Source of the DNA: Mayamaea pseudoterrestris
Lineage: Eukaryota
Reading direction: 5' to 3'
Length of the DNA: 64,000 nucleotides
NCBI GenBank assembly: GCA_027923505.1
Contig: BROI01000012.1
Location: forward strand, 558,001 to 622,000
Positions 24,111 to 35,259 of this stretch are shown in pieces (position 1 is the first letter of the stretch; each line of letters opens with the position of its first letter). Below the pieces are notes generated by a model. It worked only from the letters and a program-made list of their open reading frames with translations, was not told where the DNA came from and ran no database searches. The position numbers and the translations under genes were made by a program.

Positions 24111-25214
24111 ATGACTCGAGGGAATCTAGCGACCATAAGCATTGGCCTATTATCCGCTCTGCAGCGTCGACCTTGCTGTCACGCCTTTATCGTTCAGCCA
24201 TCCTTGCGATTTCGATCATCTTCTCTCTTTGAAGCACCGCCTGCATCAGCATCTTCATCATTGCCAGAGATTCAAGCAATGAGAATTGTGGATCTGAAAA
24301 AGGAACTTGAGAGTTTTGGGATTTCTACCAAGAGCTTTCTAGAAAAGAAGGAGCTAGTCGGCGCGCTGGAAAAGGCGCGAGCGGATGGTTTACAACCAAA
24401 GAAACAGCAAACAGACAAATCATCAAAACCGACAAGCAGTAGCAGCAGCTCATCATCGCAACCCTCGAGCAGCAGCAGCTCATCTACTGCAACAACAAAA
24501 TCTGCATCAACTTCTGACTCGTCACAGTCACGAGATGAGCGTCTCAAGGACGAGATGGCTAACTGCCAAAAGATGACGAGCGCCGAGCTTCGCAAGGAAC
24601 TAAAGGAACGAGGGGTTCGAACGACGTCATTTTTTGAAAAGTCTGAATTTGTCCAAGCTCTCGCCAAGGCCCGCGTGGATAATGTAAGTGCAAAGCAAGC
24701 ATCCAACGACGACGAGGAAGTTGTCGAAGCTAAGAATGTCGAAGTATTGACGGACGACTCATCTGGACCAAGAGCAAAGGGTAAGCCCGAGCAACAAGAG
24801 CGATCGAATCCATTCGGAGGAGGAGCCGGTGGAGGTAGTCCGTTTGGTGCAGGAGGTGGCGGTGGCGGCATTGAAGATTTGCTCAAGAACATGGGAGGGA
24901 TGGGAGGGATGGGTGGTATGGGCGGCATTGCCGACATGCTCAAAAACATGGGCGGGATGGGCGGTGGCGGTGGCGTTGGAGGAGGATCACCTTTTGGCGG
25001 AGGCGGTGGAAACCCATTCGGCGGCGACGTTATGGGCAAGGCACAGCAACTCATGCAGAATCCAAAGGTGCGCGAGTTAGTTGCGAGAGCGCAGTCAAAC
25101 CCAGCCTTGATGAAAAAGGTTCAAGAGTGCATGAGCAATCCAATGGCAATGACCAAATATGCCAACGACCCAGATGTCAAGGAACTTATTGACGAGCTAA
25201 AGAAGTACATGTAA
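24111..25214 (+). CDS. Plastid-targeted protein with two SAP/LEM-like helical repeats, GGM repeats and a C-terminal STI1/DP domain (co-chaperone-like)
   Basis: Leader ...CCHA-FIVQP; repeats LKKELESFGISTKSFLEKKELV and LRKELKERGVRTTSFFEKSEFV; MGGMGG tract; QSNPALMKKVQECMSNPMAMTKYANDPDV. An alternative ATG lies at 24087. Confidence 0.8.
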   Translation: MTRGNLATISIGLLSALQRRPCCHAFIVQPSLRFRSSSLFEAPPASASSSLPEIQAMRIVDLKKELESFGISTKSFLEKKELVGALEKARADGLQPKKQQTDKSSKPTSSSSSSSSQPSSSSSSSTATTKSASTSDSSQSRDERLKDEMANCQKMTSAELRKELKERGVRTTSFFEKSEFVQALAKARVDNVSAKQASNDDEEVVEAKNVEVLTDDSSGPRAKGKPEQQERSNPFGGGAGGGSPFGAGGGGGGIEDLLKNMGGMGGMGGMGGIADMLKNMGGMGGGGGVGGGSPFGGGGGNPFGGDVMGKAQQLMQNPKVRELVARAQSNPALMKKVQECMSNPMAMTKYANDPDVKELIDELKKYM

Positions 25215-25283
25215 TAAGGTTAGAAAATCTGCTCTACTTTCAACACCGTGAAGGCTATTAGAAATAGTATTTTAACATGGCGA

Positions 25284-26532
25284 TTAGTCTTCTTTAAAAT
25301 GAAGGAATTTCGGGTCTGCCAAGTTGCGTGGCCAGAACCATTGCTTAATCGCAAATAGAACGCCCATGCCAAGAATGAACCCGCCGGCACCGATAAACGA
25401 TGACCCCAAGTATGGATTCTTCCCACCCAATGTATTTGTCTTGGCAATGAGCAAGCTCTTGCTGCCTTGAAATCGAGTCACAACAAAGTTGGCATTGACT
25501 TGAAAGACAATCTCCTCACCCTTAGCAATGGGCTCGTCAAACCAGCCGTACAATTTTCGAAAATTTGGCTGCGTCGCCACCTTCATCCAAACGATAAAAT
25601 GCTCATTGGTGACTCCGTCCAGCGGACTAATAATGTCAGGGTATGTTTCGTACAAGTACTGCGTCGTGTCATCGTCTGGATAAAAGTAACGGTAGCAATT
25701 TCCTTGCTTGTCAACATACGGTTCAGCGCAGGACCAGTTCGTGCCGCTGCAGCAAGACGAATCGCACTGCCCCGTAGGGCATTCCTCATACTTAAAGCCA
25801 TCTGGCTGGTTGTACATGAGTTCCACGTCGCTCTGCCAGGCAATTCCATCCTCAATCAACTTCAGTGGCTGACCATTCGCCGAGTTTCCTTGGAGCAAAG
25901 TAAAGTAGTCGTTGAACAACGTATTGGCAATCAAGCCGCAGGGATTTAGAGTTATATCACCCAATTTGTTGAGAGGCTCGCAATATCGTTCCGAAACTGG
26001 TTCGCGTGGACCCACCCTTCCGTACAATTGGTAAGGATCAAAGGACTTTAAGTAAGTTCGATGGTTTTGGTGAAAGTTTGTCAACTCATAGTAAACCAAA
26101 ATGGGCGGTTCCAAGTCTTCCGGAACAACAAACCTCAAATTGCAGGTTCGATTGGCATTGAATGTATCATTGATACCGCAAATCGGATCCTCGGCGTAAA
26201 AGTCATCGTAAGTAATCTTCAACTCGACGGCTTGCTCCTGAAGGGAGTTCATCTTTAGTCCTTGCGGCCCAAGAGAGTGCTCATGTTAGAAGCAAGCTGC
26301 AGCAATATACATACAAGTCCATCTGCTATGTCATAACACCCATTCACTCACCGACCGGAACCATAATAACGCCAAAGTAGAGGAGAGCAGCAATCGTCCA
26401 CCACGGATCAAGAATGGGGCTCCACGCCTTGACGCGCTGCTGATACAATGCGACATCAAGTGGTCGATTCGTTTGCTCCGAAATGTCCAAAACAGACTCG
26501 TCATCATCGGCAGCAGTAGCTTGGTTCGCCAT
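25284..26532 (-). CDS. CDC50: CDC50/LEM3 (ALIS) P4-ATPase flippase beta subunit, 2 exons
   Basis: Motifs QQRVKAWSPIL, YYELTNFHQNHRTY, PCGLIANTLFND, NEHFIVWMK and LGGKNPYLG. Intron 26261-26351 has an AAG acceptor. Confidence 0.95.
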
Positions 26533-26748
26533 GGTACTGTAATGTACTGATACAGTAAGGATAGCTTTCCTGGCTCTGATTTTCGTTTGCGATCAATGGC
26601 GGCTTCCAGTTTCACAGTCAGTACCGCCGCGGAAGTTTTTGCGTGATAAATGCGTGACATTATGTCGCAGCATCAATCAAATCATCCTAAACCCTAAGAT
26701 AGTGCTTACCGTGGTTTGGATATGGCGCGCCGTCGCATTGGCCGAGCC

Positions 26749-27321
26749 ATGGACAACATGATCGACTCTCCCACAAAAAATCACCATCGCATCAACACAA
26801 GCCTCCAACCAAGCAACACAATGGATTTCAGCGACAACGTCCTCATGCCAACGCCAGTTCGGGTCAAATTGGTGAACGTATCTTTCCAAGGGTTTGCTCG
26901 CGATTGCTTGGTGATCACGCGAAATGACGAGGAGCTGGCGGAAATCGTCGCAGCTCTCCAGGTGACGGTTGAGACTCTTAACAACAATCTCAACGCGACG
27001 AACTTGGCGATTGACGACATCGATCGCCTGCGCATTTCTATCGCTAATTTGGCTGAGCAGATCGCGGCGCAGGCGGATCCCATCGCAGCTGTCCAGGTGG
27101 AGGTCGAGACTCTCAACGAGCAGCTCAACGCGACGGGCTTGACTCATGACGACATCAATTTCCTGGAAGTCTCGATTGGGGAGCTTAGTCGTGAAACCTT
27201 TGCTCTCAAGAAGCGAATCAAGGCGCAGTGGGCCCTCTTCGCAGCTCTCGAGGTGAACGTTGAGACTAGGGAATTTCTCATGGCGGCGACGTCTCGCGGC
27301 GGCAATTTGGAGTTGGCCTGA
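26749..27321 (+). CDS. Hypothetical coiled-coil protein with internal ~45-52 aa repeats
   Basis: Repeats AALQVTVETLN / AAVQVEVETLN / AALEVNVET. Start codon uncertain. Confidence 0.5.
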   Translation: MDNMIDSPTKNHHRINTSLQPSNTMDFSDNVLMPTPVRVKLVNVSFQGFARDCLVITRNDEELAEIVAALQVTVETLNNNLNATNLAIDDIDRLRISIANLAEQIAAQADPIAAVQVEVETLNEQLNATGLTHDDINFLEVSIGELSRETFALKKRIKAQWALFAALEVNVETREFLMAATSRGGNLELA

Positions 27322-27547
27322 TCGAAGAAGGTTTTGCTTTTCAATCGAGATACCGTAAATGCCAATTTTTAGTACATTGTTACTTCAAACAAGCCAGTAT
27401 TACAAGTAGTTCTTGCTTCGTATAATAGTCGTAGCGTAGTCAATTTGAGTGCTTCCATGATCCTTCGCGCAACGTACAGCTCCTCCAAAACCTGTCCCTT
27501 TGGCGCCCGATACTCGTTGTTGCGTGATTCATCACTCACAGTAAAAG

Positions 27548-27548
27548 A

Positions 27549-27605
<57 letters not shown>
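27548..27605. repeat. (GCT/GTT)n trinucleotide microsatellite
   Basis: Run of gctgtt followed by a pure gct tract. Confidence 0.95.
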
Positions 27606-27945
27606 ATGGAACGGCTGTTCCTGCTGCTGCATTTGTTGCGCCGCCTCTGCAGTTGCTGGTCCTGCGCGACCCTCCGATGACAATGGTAGGCAAGAGCTAT
27701 CGGCACAGTAACCAAAGGCTTGACCCGGACAACTAGCCTATATATATATATCGGTATGCGATTAAAGTTTATACTGTTCTGCATTGAACGGCTGTTCCTG
27801 CTGCTGCATTTGTTGAGCCGCCTCTTGCGATTACTGCTCCTGCGCGACCCTCCAATGACAACCGTAGAAGCAGTAGGCAAAGCTATCGGTACATTTACAA
27901 AAGGCTTGATCGGGACATCTAGCTTATGCATAAATCGGTACGCGT
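27604..27945. repeat. Diverged tandem duplication, ~177-bp period, with a (TA)n tract at the end of the first copy
   Basis: gaacggctgttcctgctgctgcatttgttg...cctgcgcgaccctcc...aaaggcttga occurs at ~27609 and ~27786. Confidence 0.85.
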
Positions 27946-27970
27946 CCAAAGCTTTCTATTGATTGGCTAT

Positions 27971-30508
27971 TTATAAAATACGAAACCCAGAATTCACATC
28001 GTTCCAACCCTTGGACTTGAGAAACTCGTCCGACGACCCGTCTGCGACCTGGCCAAGGCTTCCCCAAACGCGGAAGCGTGAATCAACCGTGTTCCAACCC
28101 TTTCGACGAAAAAGCTCATCTTCGCTAGCAACCTCAGGCGCTAATTTGCGGGATGGAATGATGCCTCGTCTCCATGCGTCACGAAGCTTGTCGCCCAAGA
28201 CATGTCGAACAACTCGCTTGCGGCGCTGCAACTGACCATCCTCCCACGCTAATTGTTCCGCATCGCGCAAAACATCGGCAACGAAGTACAATTCCTTGTC
28301 AGATAAACTGCGAGATCGACCGATTCGAATTATTGCCTTTAATATCGTATCAACGAGTGTCGTATCAATGACAACACTCCCTTGCTTTTTCATGTCGTTA
28401 AACCATGAATATGCATTTGCCACCGCACTCGATGTTTCCTTTCTCAACAATGATGAGATAATTATAGTGTAGGAGACGACATCGGGATGCAAAGAACCTT
28501 TTCGAAAGTGGTGCTCAAACGTTTGGTGTGCAAGCTGATCCTTGCCGCAACGACTACTTGCATCCAAAAAGGCATTTACTGCGATAACGTCAGGCGACGC
28601 GAGTGTTTGAAAGGCTTTAAGAGCACTGCCAATGTCAAGAGCGGCGCCACAAGTTTGTATCATTGCGGCAACAACTTGCGAGTTGCCGGGTTCAATAAGT
28701 GACTGATTCGTGAGCTGCTCAACGAGCATTTTGGCGGCATCCACCCGCGGTGTACTACAACGACCCAGGGCTGCAACAATGGTTGACACAGTCACAGCGT
28801 TTAGTCGAACGCCAGACTGGACCATGGATTTCAAAACAACCAGTGCTTGATCAACCCGAGCGTCGTATGTCTCCGAGGGTCCGTCATTGACATTCGTCTC
28901 CACCAAGGCAGAAATAAGAGCGTTGTAAAGTATGCAACTGGGCCGAACACCCTTGGAGGACATGTGATGCATTGTCTGCAATGCTTGTTCCACCTTGCCA
29001 TGCCGACCAAAGCCAGCCACAAGACATGTATACGTAACTTCCGTTGGCTCTACTCCTCGCTGCCGCATGACTCGCAGCGTAACAATTGCCTTGTCAAGTT
29101 GACCTGACTTGGCGTAAGCGTCGAGGAGCTCCGTATATGCTTCAACATTTGGATGTGCCTTTCGGTCAGTAAAGATTGACACGGTGTGCTTCTGCAGAAT
29201 CGTTTCGGCAAGTGCATAATCCTCGCCAGCAATGGCAGCATGTATAAGCGTGTTAGTAGTCACGAAGTCCCAGATACCGGCAGATTGCATCTCGTCTCCC
29301 ATCGCCATTGCTTCATCGACACGCCCGAGCCTTGCCAAACCTTTAAGCATGATATTGTAAGTGCGACCATTCGCAGTAGGTGGCGGCGAATTAAAATAAC
29401 CGCCAGTTTTGCAAGTCTTTATTTCTTGAAACAAGCGACGGGCTTGCAATATTTTATCGCAGTCGACGAACGCATTCAGCAAAGTATTCACCATAACAAT
29501 GTCTGGAACGATGTTATTCTCCAGCGCATCTTGCCAAACGCGCACGACTTGTTGATATTGACCAAGTTGCCCATGGCCTTGCAGCAATATGGAAAAGGTA
29601 ACAGCCGAGATAGTAGGACTCGTTTGCTTCATATGCAGCGCCACGAGTTGGTGCGCCCGGTCCATGCGACCCTCGCGGCAAAACGCGCCGAGCACGCGGT
29701 TCCAGTCCGCCTCGTAGAGTGGAGTGCGTCGCTGCGTTCGAACGCCGCGGTGCGTCACGAGGCGTTCCAAAATGCGATAGGCAGCGTCGGAATGCGAGAT
29801 TTGACGCTCTGATAGTGATTTATTGAAAATGGTGTCGTTGTCGTGATTCTTTTGAGTGAGTGCTTTCAATAAATCAAGTAATGTTCGTTTCGGAAGTGAG
29901 CAGAATGGTTTTGCTAGTTTCGTGGCCACTGAGTAAAAGGACATGACTGCCCGATAACCGAACATCGAATCGTATGGGAGAACTTGAATCAGGTAGAAAT
30001 GTAAAAGGTCGTCAAGTCGTTCGCTCTCTTGATATGAAAGTGGATGTTGGACCAGCGCAAGCATTCGTTGCACATCATCGAATGCAGCTTGATGGTTGCG
30101 CCGCTTCAGTTTGTCCGCCACGGCATGCTTTGCTCTTGATATTTTATTAAGGAGCGGCATAGCCATTGACTCCACAGGTTCTGGAAGATCCATGCTGTTT
30201 CCATGAGCTGTTGACAGCGACGCAAGTAATTGAGCAAGACGTCCGTCGCGTTCTGCGCCAATGTTGCTACCACCGCAATTTTGATTGCGAGCGCTATTCA
30301 TGTTCAGCATGAGGTCATTCCCTCGCACTGCAAAGAATGCAGATGATCCATTAAATTGCTGCATGAAAATGAGCATTATAATTGCAGTATCACGAGTGCT
30401 TGCTGACAAGGAACAATTGTTGCTGGAAGAGGTAACAAGTCGACGTTTCCGCTTGCTCTGACCCTTGCTCTTTGATTCGCAGTTCACTGTCGTTTCTTTT
30501 TTATTCAT
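27971..30508 (-). CDS. Pentatricopeptide repeat (PPR) protein, probably organelle-targeted
   Basis: Tandem 35-aa PPR motifs (VTFSILLQGHG, VMVNTLLNAF, RTYNIMLKGLA, EAYTELLDAYAKSG, VTYTCLVAGFG). SSA-FF leader motif. Start codon uncertain. Confidence 0.93.
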   Translation of the reverse strand: MNKKETTVNCESKSKGQSKRKRRLVTSSSNNCSLSASTRDTAIIMLIFMQQFNGSSAFFAVRGNDLMLNMNSARNQNCGGSNIGAERDGRLAQLLASLSTAHGNSMDLPEPVESMAMPLLNKISRAKHAVADKLKRRNHQAAFDDVQRMLALVQHPLSYQESERLDDLLHFYLIQVLPYDSMFGYRAVMSFYSVATKLAKPFCSLPKRTLLDLLKALTQKNHDNDTIFNKSLSERQISHSDAAYRILERLVTHRGVRTQRRTPLYEADWNRVLGAFCREGRMDRAHQLVALHMKQTSPTISAVTFSILLQGHGQLGQYQQVVRVWQDALENNIVPDIVMVNTLLNAFVDCDKILQARRLFQEIKTCKTGGYFNSPPPTANGRTYNIMLKGLARLGRVDEAMAMGDEMQSAGIWDFVTTNTLIHAAIAGEDYALAETILQKHTVSIFTDRKAHPNVEAYTELLDAYAKSGQLDKAIVTLRVMRQRGVEPTEVTYTCLVAGFGRHGKVEQALQTMHHMSSKGVRPSCILYNALISALVETNVNDGPSETYDARVDQALVVLKSMVQSGVRLNAVTVSTIVAALGRCSTPRVDAAKMLVEQLTNQSLIEPGNSQVVAAMIQTCGAALDIGSALKAFQTLASPDVIAVNAFLDASSRCGKDQLAHQTFEHHFRKGSLHPDVVSYTIIISSLLRKETSSAVANAYSWFNDMKKQGSVVIDTTLVDTILKAIIRIGRSRSLSDKELYFVADVLRDAEQLAWEDGQLQRRKRVVRHVLGDKLRDAWRRGIIPSRKLAPEVASEDELFRRKGWNTVDSRFRVWGSLGQVADGSSDEFLKSKGWNDVNSGFRIL

Positions 30509-31447
30509 GTTTCCGACAAAGATGTTGATCAGTCGAATCGTGGTGACTTCCTCGTGCAGTCGGAAAACCGAAGTGATGGCAATCTATTCGTCGCTCTCTC
30601 TCATGGTCGCGCTGACGAACGAGAGACGCAGAACGGAAGAAAGTCAACCGCGCTGCGACTCTCAGTTTTTACAGATTTCTTTGACACCCAATCAGAACGC
30701 ACGATAGTTGGGCCGCGCGATAGACCAAAGGAAGAGTCGCGAAACCATGGGGATTCGTTCGGTGCGCATGATACGTTCATATCGTCCGTCGACGCACTTC
30801 ACTCAGCATGTCAGCACCCAACTGGATTGCTCTTCATTCGGGCCAACAAGCCACCTTCATTCTACAAAAGGGAACAACAGCGTTCCCATATCATTTACAC
30901 ATTGCTGAAGATGCCCATGTAACAATCCGAGCCGAGCATGATGACGTTACAGTCTTTGACAAGTTTGTTTGGGGCAGAGGCGTTAAGAACGAAAGCGGCT
31001 GTGACCAACGACCTGGAATTTCGCTTGAATGCAAGGTTCAGCTCAAGAACCAAAAGACGCTTGGAGTTGTTCCTCCTCCCGGAACTTTAACTCCAGACTT
31101 TCTGTCGTTTGATCCAGATGAGTTCGAAAAGAAGCTTTAGAAAGAACGTAAAAGTAATTGGCGAGGTTTGTTGGGATGGACGACTGCCGAAACGCGAACA
31201 ATCGCTTGCTAGGAGTACATACGGTCCTGATTGGTTGTACACATACAGGGTATGAGAAGGATGATTCGAACATTTCACTCTTGCAAGCGTCGCTTGAAGC
31301 ATCTTGTGCAGCCTCGGCGCAGTAATGTACATGTTAGACTTACAATATCGTATCATGATATAGTTTTATAGTTAACTTAGTATATATTTTGACTTGCTCT
31401 ACTCTGCAACAGCTGCGTGACCATCCTCAAATGTATGAGCTCACAGC

Positions 31448-32905
31448 TCACGGTTTGATCAGCGACCATATCCAGCAAAGCGCGAGACCTGCAGTTGCCC
31501 AGGTCTTCCAGTCACGACAGCCTTGCAATGGATCATGCGCCAAGATGAATGGCCAAGGACAGTGTCCATGCGCCGCCGCTAACGTCTTTCCCGCAACATC
31601 TTGCGTGCCCTGCTTCTTGGCCAAGTCGGCAAACGGACACTTGTCCGAAACATTCGCTGACAAATTACTTTCTTTCGTAGCACCTGCAAGGTTAAAAGCA
31701 TCTTGCAGAGGACGAACGGAAGCACCCTTGACATTTGCCATGACGTCAAGCTCCTCAAAGAGTCGCACGTTCAGTAAAAAGGCGACATTGGCTTCCGCCA
31801 CAAGCTTGTCAATCTGGTCTTGATCCAACGGCAATGCATCCAGCAAGGAGCGATACTTGTCTTTGAATTTTTTAGGTGATTCAACGTTTTCAAAGTGGTA
31901 GAATGCCAATCCCTCGACGGGTTCCACGTCGCTGGTGCCACCAAGATGCATGGCTCGCTTGGCGACTCGCGCCAAAATGCGACCACCTGACAAGTCACCC
32001 AAGTATCGCGTGTAAGAGTGAGCCAACAGCAACAGCGGATCTGATTCGGCAATCTCATGTATCCGATTCACATAGTCGCGCGTCGCAGACGTCATGGTTG
32101 ACGGAACATTGGAGCCCAACCAAAAGTCCAAGTCTTGCTCCAAACTCTGCATCCGACCAAGCTCCTTGGGAAAATGACAAGACGGAAAGTGTTCCTGTGC
32201 TTCCTGGTCTAGACATTCTTCAAGTGCCTGATATACGCAGAAAAGCATGTGGACTAACTGAGCGTAGAGCTTGCGATCAATCTTGCCCTTGATGAAATTC
32301 GCCACAAAGTGAACATCTTCGGCCGCTTGATGCGAGGCAGCCGTTCCCGTTTTCAAGCTTTGCGACAATGACGTCGCTCGACTTGATGATGCTGGCGACG
32401 AAACGAAAGTAGGGACGGCAGCCTTTGCGTCAATCGGATCGGGTTTCTCCATCTCTGAGCTTTCAGTTTCCAACGTCATGAACCCACTGGCTTCTTCCTC
32501 CTGCTTGGCCAGACTCGCCATGATGGCTGCAAACGAAAAGTCTTCCATGGCATCATGAAACGATTTTGCGGATAGCTGCTCTCGTCGCTCCCGTTGTTGC
32601 TGCTGAACTGGACATCCGCCCGGCAATTGAAAGGCCTCGTCATTGACTTGCACATTATGTAGTTCTCGAATGACGCGAAAGAACTTCCCATCAACTTGAT
32701 AGTGAGAAGGCGGAACCTTGGCAAGCGTCTGACGAATTTCCTCGGAGCTCTTGGCATCCTTGAACGGACAGCTAGAATCTTGAAAGGCTGGGCAACGCTT
32801 GACGTCGTCGAGTGGAACTGCGGAGGAGTTGCTGTTCACACTGGACTCATCAGCGTCGAGTGCCGCTGCAAAGGGACAGCTATGAGTCACGGGTAATGCA
32901 ATCAT
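31448..32905 (-). CDS. Heme oxygenase with multiple Cys-Pro motifs and a C-terminal membrane anchor
   Basis: LKTGTAASHQAAE (proximal His), LLLAHSYTRYLGDLSGGRIL, EANVAFLLN and a C-terminal hydrophobic tail. Confidence 0.93.
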   Translation of the reverse strand: MIALPVTHSCPFAAALDADESSVNSNSSAVPLDDVKRCPAFQDSSCPFKDAKSSEEIRQTLAKVPPSHYQVDGKFFRVIRELHNVQVNDEAFQLPGGCPVQQQQRERREQLSAKSFHDAMEDFSFAAIMASLAKQEEEASGFMTLETESSEMEKPDPIDAKAAVPTFVSSPASSSRATSLSQSLKTGTAASHQAAEDVHFVANFIKGKIDRKLYAQLVHMLFCVYQALEECLDQEAQEHFPSCHFPKELGRMQSLEQDLDFWLGSNVPSTMTSATRDYVNRIHEIAESDPLLLLAHSYTRYLGDLSGGRILARVAKRAMHLGGTSDVEPVEGLAFYHFENVESPKKFKDKYRSLLDALPLDQDQIDKLVAEANVAFLLNVRLFEELDVMANVKGASVRPLQDAFNLAGATKESNLSANVSDKCPFADLAKKQGTQDVAGKTLAAAHGHCPWPFILAHDPLQGCRDWKTWATAGLALCWIWSLIKP

Positions 32906-33198
32906 TGATAGTGACTACAAGAAGAGAAAGAGTTGTTTGCTGTTGTCTTGTAGAAGCGTAACCAACGAGAAGCGAAACGTCGACGTTGTTCGAATCCCAT
33001 GGTCCGTCGCGTGTCCAATCTGCGCTGTTCGCGTGCCAGATGCTGGAAAAAGTCGCATCGTTATTGATCAAACAATGGCGTTGTGCGAAACGCTTCGTTA
33101 CAAAACGACTCTGGTACATACAAGCCACCATTGATAATTATAAATCGCTTGCGCTCTACAAGACTTTCGCTCACAAACAGTTGGTACATATCTCTAAT

Positions 33199-34818
33199 AT
33201 GGCTGACGACCTGCACGCCTCAATTCGCCAGATTCTTTCGGATGTACCGTTAGAGGAGTCAATGACTATGATCGCAGACATGCGCTTTCGCCCCCAAGAT
33301 GATGAGGCCGACGCGGCACCACTTTCCAATTTTATAGATTTCATTCCTGTAGAGCTTCAAACGTATCAGTTGAAAGAGGGCAAGACAATTTGGCAGCTTG
33401 CTTCTATAGATTTCGAGCATTTTTCAATTCTTTTCCCGGAAGATGGCGGATTCATTCTCCGGATCTCGAGCAACCTCAGCGCAATTTTCTGGCCATTGCC
33501 ACCAGTCGGAAAAATTCAAATTCACCTTCGAGACAGCAATGGAATGAAACACATCAAGATTGGTCCACATTTGGAAACGTTTGTGCGCGTTGAAGAAGAG
33601 GTTCATCGAGCTACGAGGTGCCAGCTCTTTCTCGCGCAAACTTCGATCCCGTACAATCTTGACGATTTAAGTCTCATCAAACAGCATCTTCAAGACCTTC
33701 TTCGATTCATGACTAGTTATCCTCTCTCAAGTCATGTATCTGAAAGTAATTTTAGCCGACGTCTTCTACTCCAAGCGAATTACAACATACCTGTGCACGA
33801 CGCGTTTACTCCAAAGTGTTTGCGCGAGTGCTTTCAGCAGGTTAGCTGGCGACAGCGTGGCGAGATTCTAATTGTTCAATATGAATTTTCGCAACGCGAA
33901 TGGGATGTACTGGAAGAATTTTCTTTTGAACGCTTCGAAGTCGATGTACCTATCTTGCCTTGGCGGTTTCTGCGAAATACTCGCTCGAAAGCCATTCAGG
34001 TCATCGGACGGGGCCCTGGTACAGAAGGAGCTCCTGGAGACGAAAGTCCCATCCGGACTCGACTATACTTTCACCATCATGATTTGGAAACTATAGAACA
34101 CGTCAATGAGTTTTGCAGCACGTGGCTTTCATTTGCGGGAGAAGTGGACTATGAAGCCGGAGCAATCACTGAAGAAGCTTGGCAGCATTTATGGCAGTCA
34201 CCTGTCTTTTATGAAGGTACCAGCTGGACTTCCTTTAAGTTTAGCAGTCTTACTATTGATAGTTGGGGCTTCTGCCAAGAACATTTAAATGTTATACCAA
34301 CTGACAGGCCATTCACACTTGAATGGAGAGCCAAAGATGAAGGTGGCGGCGAGCCAACGTTGCTAGTCCGTCGCAGACTGCCTTCACTGGCAGTGGGTGA
34401 CATGGCTTACTTTCAAATGGCAAACAATCCACTTCTCAACGACGACCCTCCAACGGATGTTCGTCAGTCACTGATTCTCGCCTCGCTGCTTGGTGCTCGT
34501 AACAATCCGGACCAACAGTTTAAACTGTGCCGCACATTTTCCACCATGCTACTGAAAGGTCGGACGCCTGCAGGTCAATTCGAGGATTTGGAAGCAAGTG
34601 TGATTGAGCTGAGGGCGCTGGGAATGGATCATCAAGCAACCATAAGCTTGATGTTGGAGGTGATGAACGCACAGGAAATGCAGCATGCTCAAGAAATGTA
34701 TAAACTTGAAGGTAGAATGCGTGCATTGATGGATGAAAAGGAGGAGCGGTTCATGACTGCCCAGCGGCATTTGGAGGAGGAGATTCGGTGGCTTACGCAG
34801 AACCAAAATAGGAATTGA
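33199..34818 (+). CDS. Hypothetical protein with a C-terminal coiled coil
   Basis: Long intronless ORF with a likely ATG at 33199. No family motif recognised. Confidence 0.7.
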   Translation: MADDLHASIRQILSDVPLEESMTMIADMRFRPQDDEADAAPLSNFIDFIPVELQTYQLKEGKTIWQLASIDFEHFSILFPEDGGFILRISSNLSAIFWPLPPVGKIQIHLRDSNGMKHIKIGPHLETFVRVEEEVHRATRCQLFLAQTSIPYNLDDLSLIKQHLQDLLRFMTSYPLSSHVSESNFSRRLLLQANYNIPVHDAFTPKCLRECFQQVSWRQRGEILIVQYEFSQREWDVLEEFSFERFEVDVPILPWRFLRNTRSKAIQVIGRGPGTEGAPGDESPIRTRLYFHHHDLETIEHVNEFCSTWLSFAGEVDYEAGAITEEAWQHLWQSPVFYEGTSWTSFKFSSLTIDSWGFCQEHLNVIPTDRPFTLEWRAKDEGGGEPTLLVRRRLPSLAVGDMAYFQMANNPLLNDDPPTDVRQSLILASLLGARNNPDQQFKLCRTFSTMLLKGRTPAGQFEDLEASVIELRALGMDHQATISLMLEVMNAQEMQHAQEMYKLEGRMRALMDEKEERFMTAQRHLEEEIRWLTQNQNRN

Positions 34819-35259
34819 ATATGCAGCGTATCGAAGCCAAAAACAACAGTGTGATATTCTGTCGGACAAGAAGTAAATGCTATCTGCGATGGCGCGGCGG
34901 GTTGTACTTACAGTCAAGTACTTGTCCTTGCACTTTGACTGTGGAGCAATAGACTGCTTGCGATATACGTTTCCCTTTCTTTACTAACTTTAAGACACAA
35001 GTAGATAGTCGTACGACTCGCATTGTAAAATACCGCTACTCGTATTGTTTTAGCTACTTGAGTCAGTCGCACGCATGGGCAATCAGTGTTTACTGAAATC
35101 CTATGCCAAATTGTTTCGGCCGTGACCATACTTCCTTTCACTGCGCGAGCCAAGTTGACGCTGACCCTGTTTCACGTTAATGTACAATACATCACGAAGG
35201 AGGCAACAAATGGAAGGTAAACTTAACATTGCAAAAGCACGATGGATGCGTCCAAAGAG

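Noticed and set aside
24272..25054. 260-aa Pro-rich antisense ORF
   Set aside because: Mirror of the Gly/Ser-rich sense gene.
30554..31356. Short overlapping ORFs between the PPR and heme oxygenase genes
   Set aside because: No convincing start, splice model or motif.
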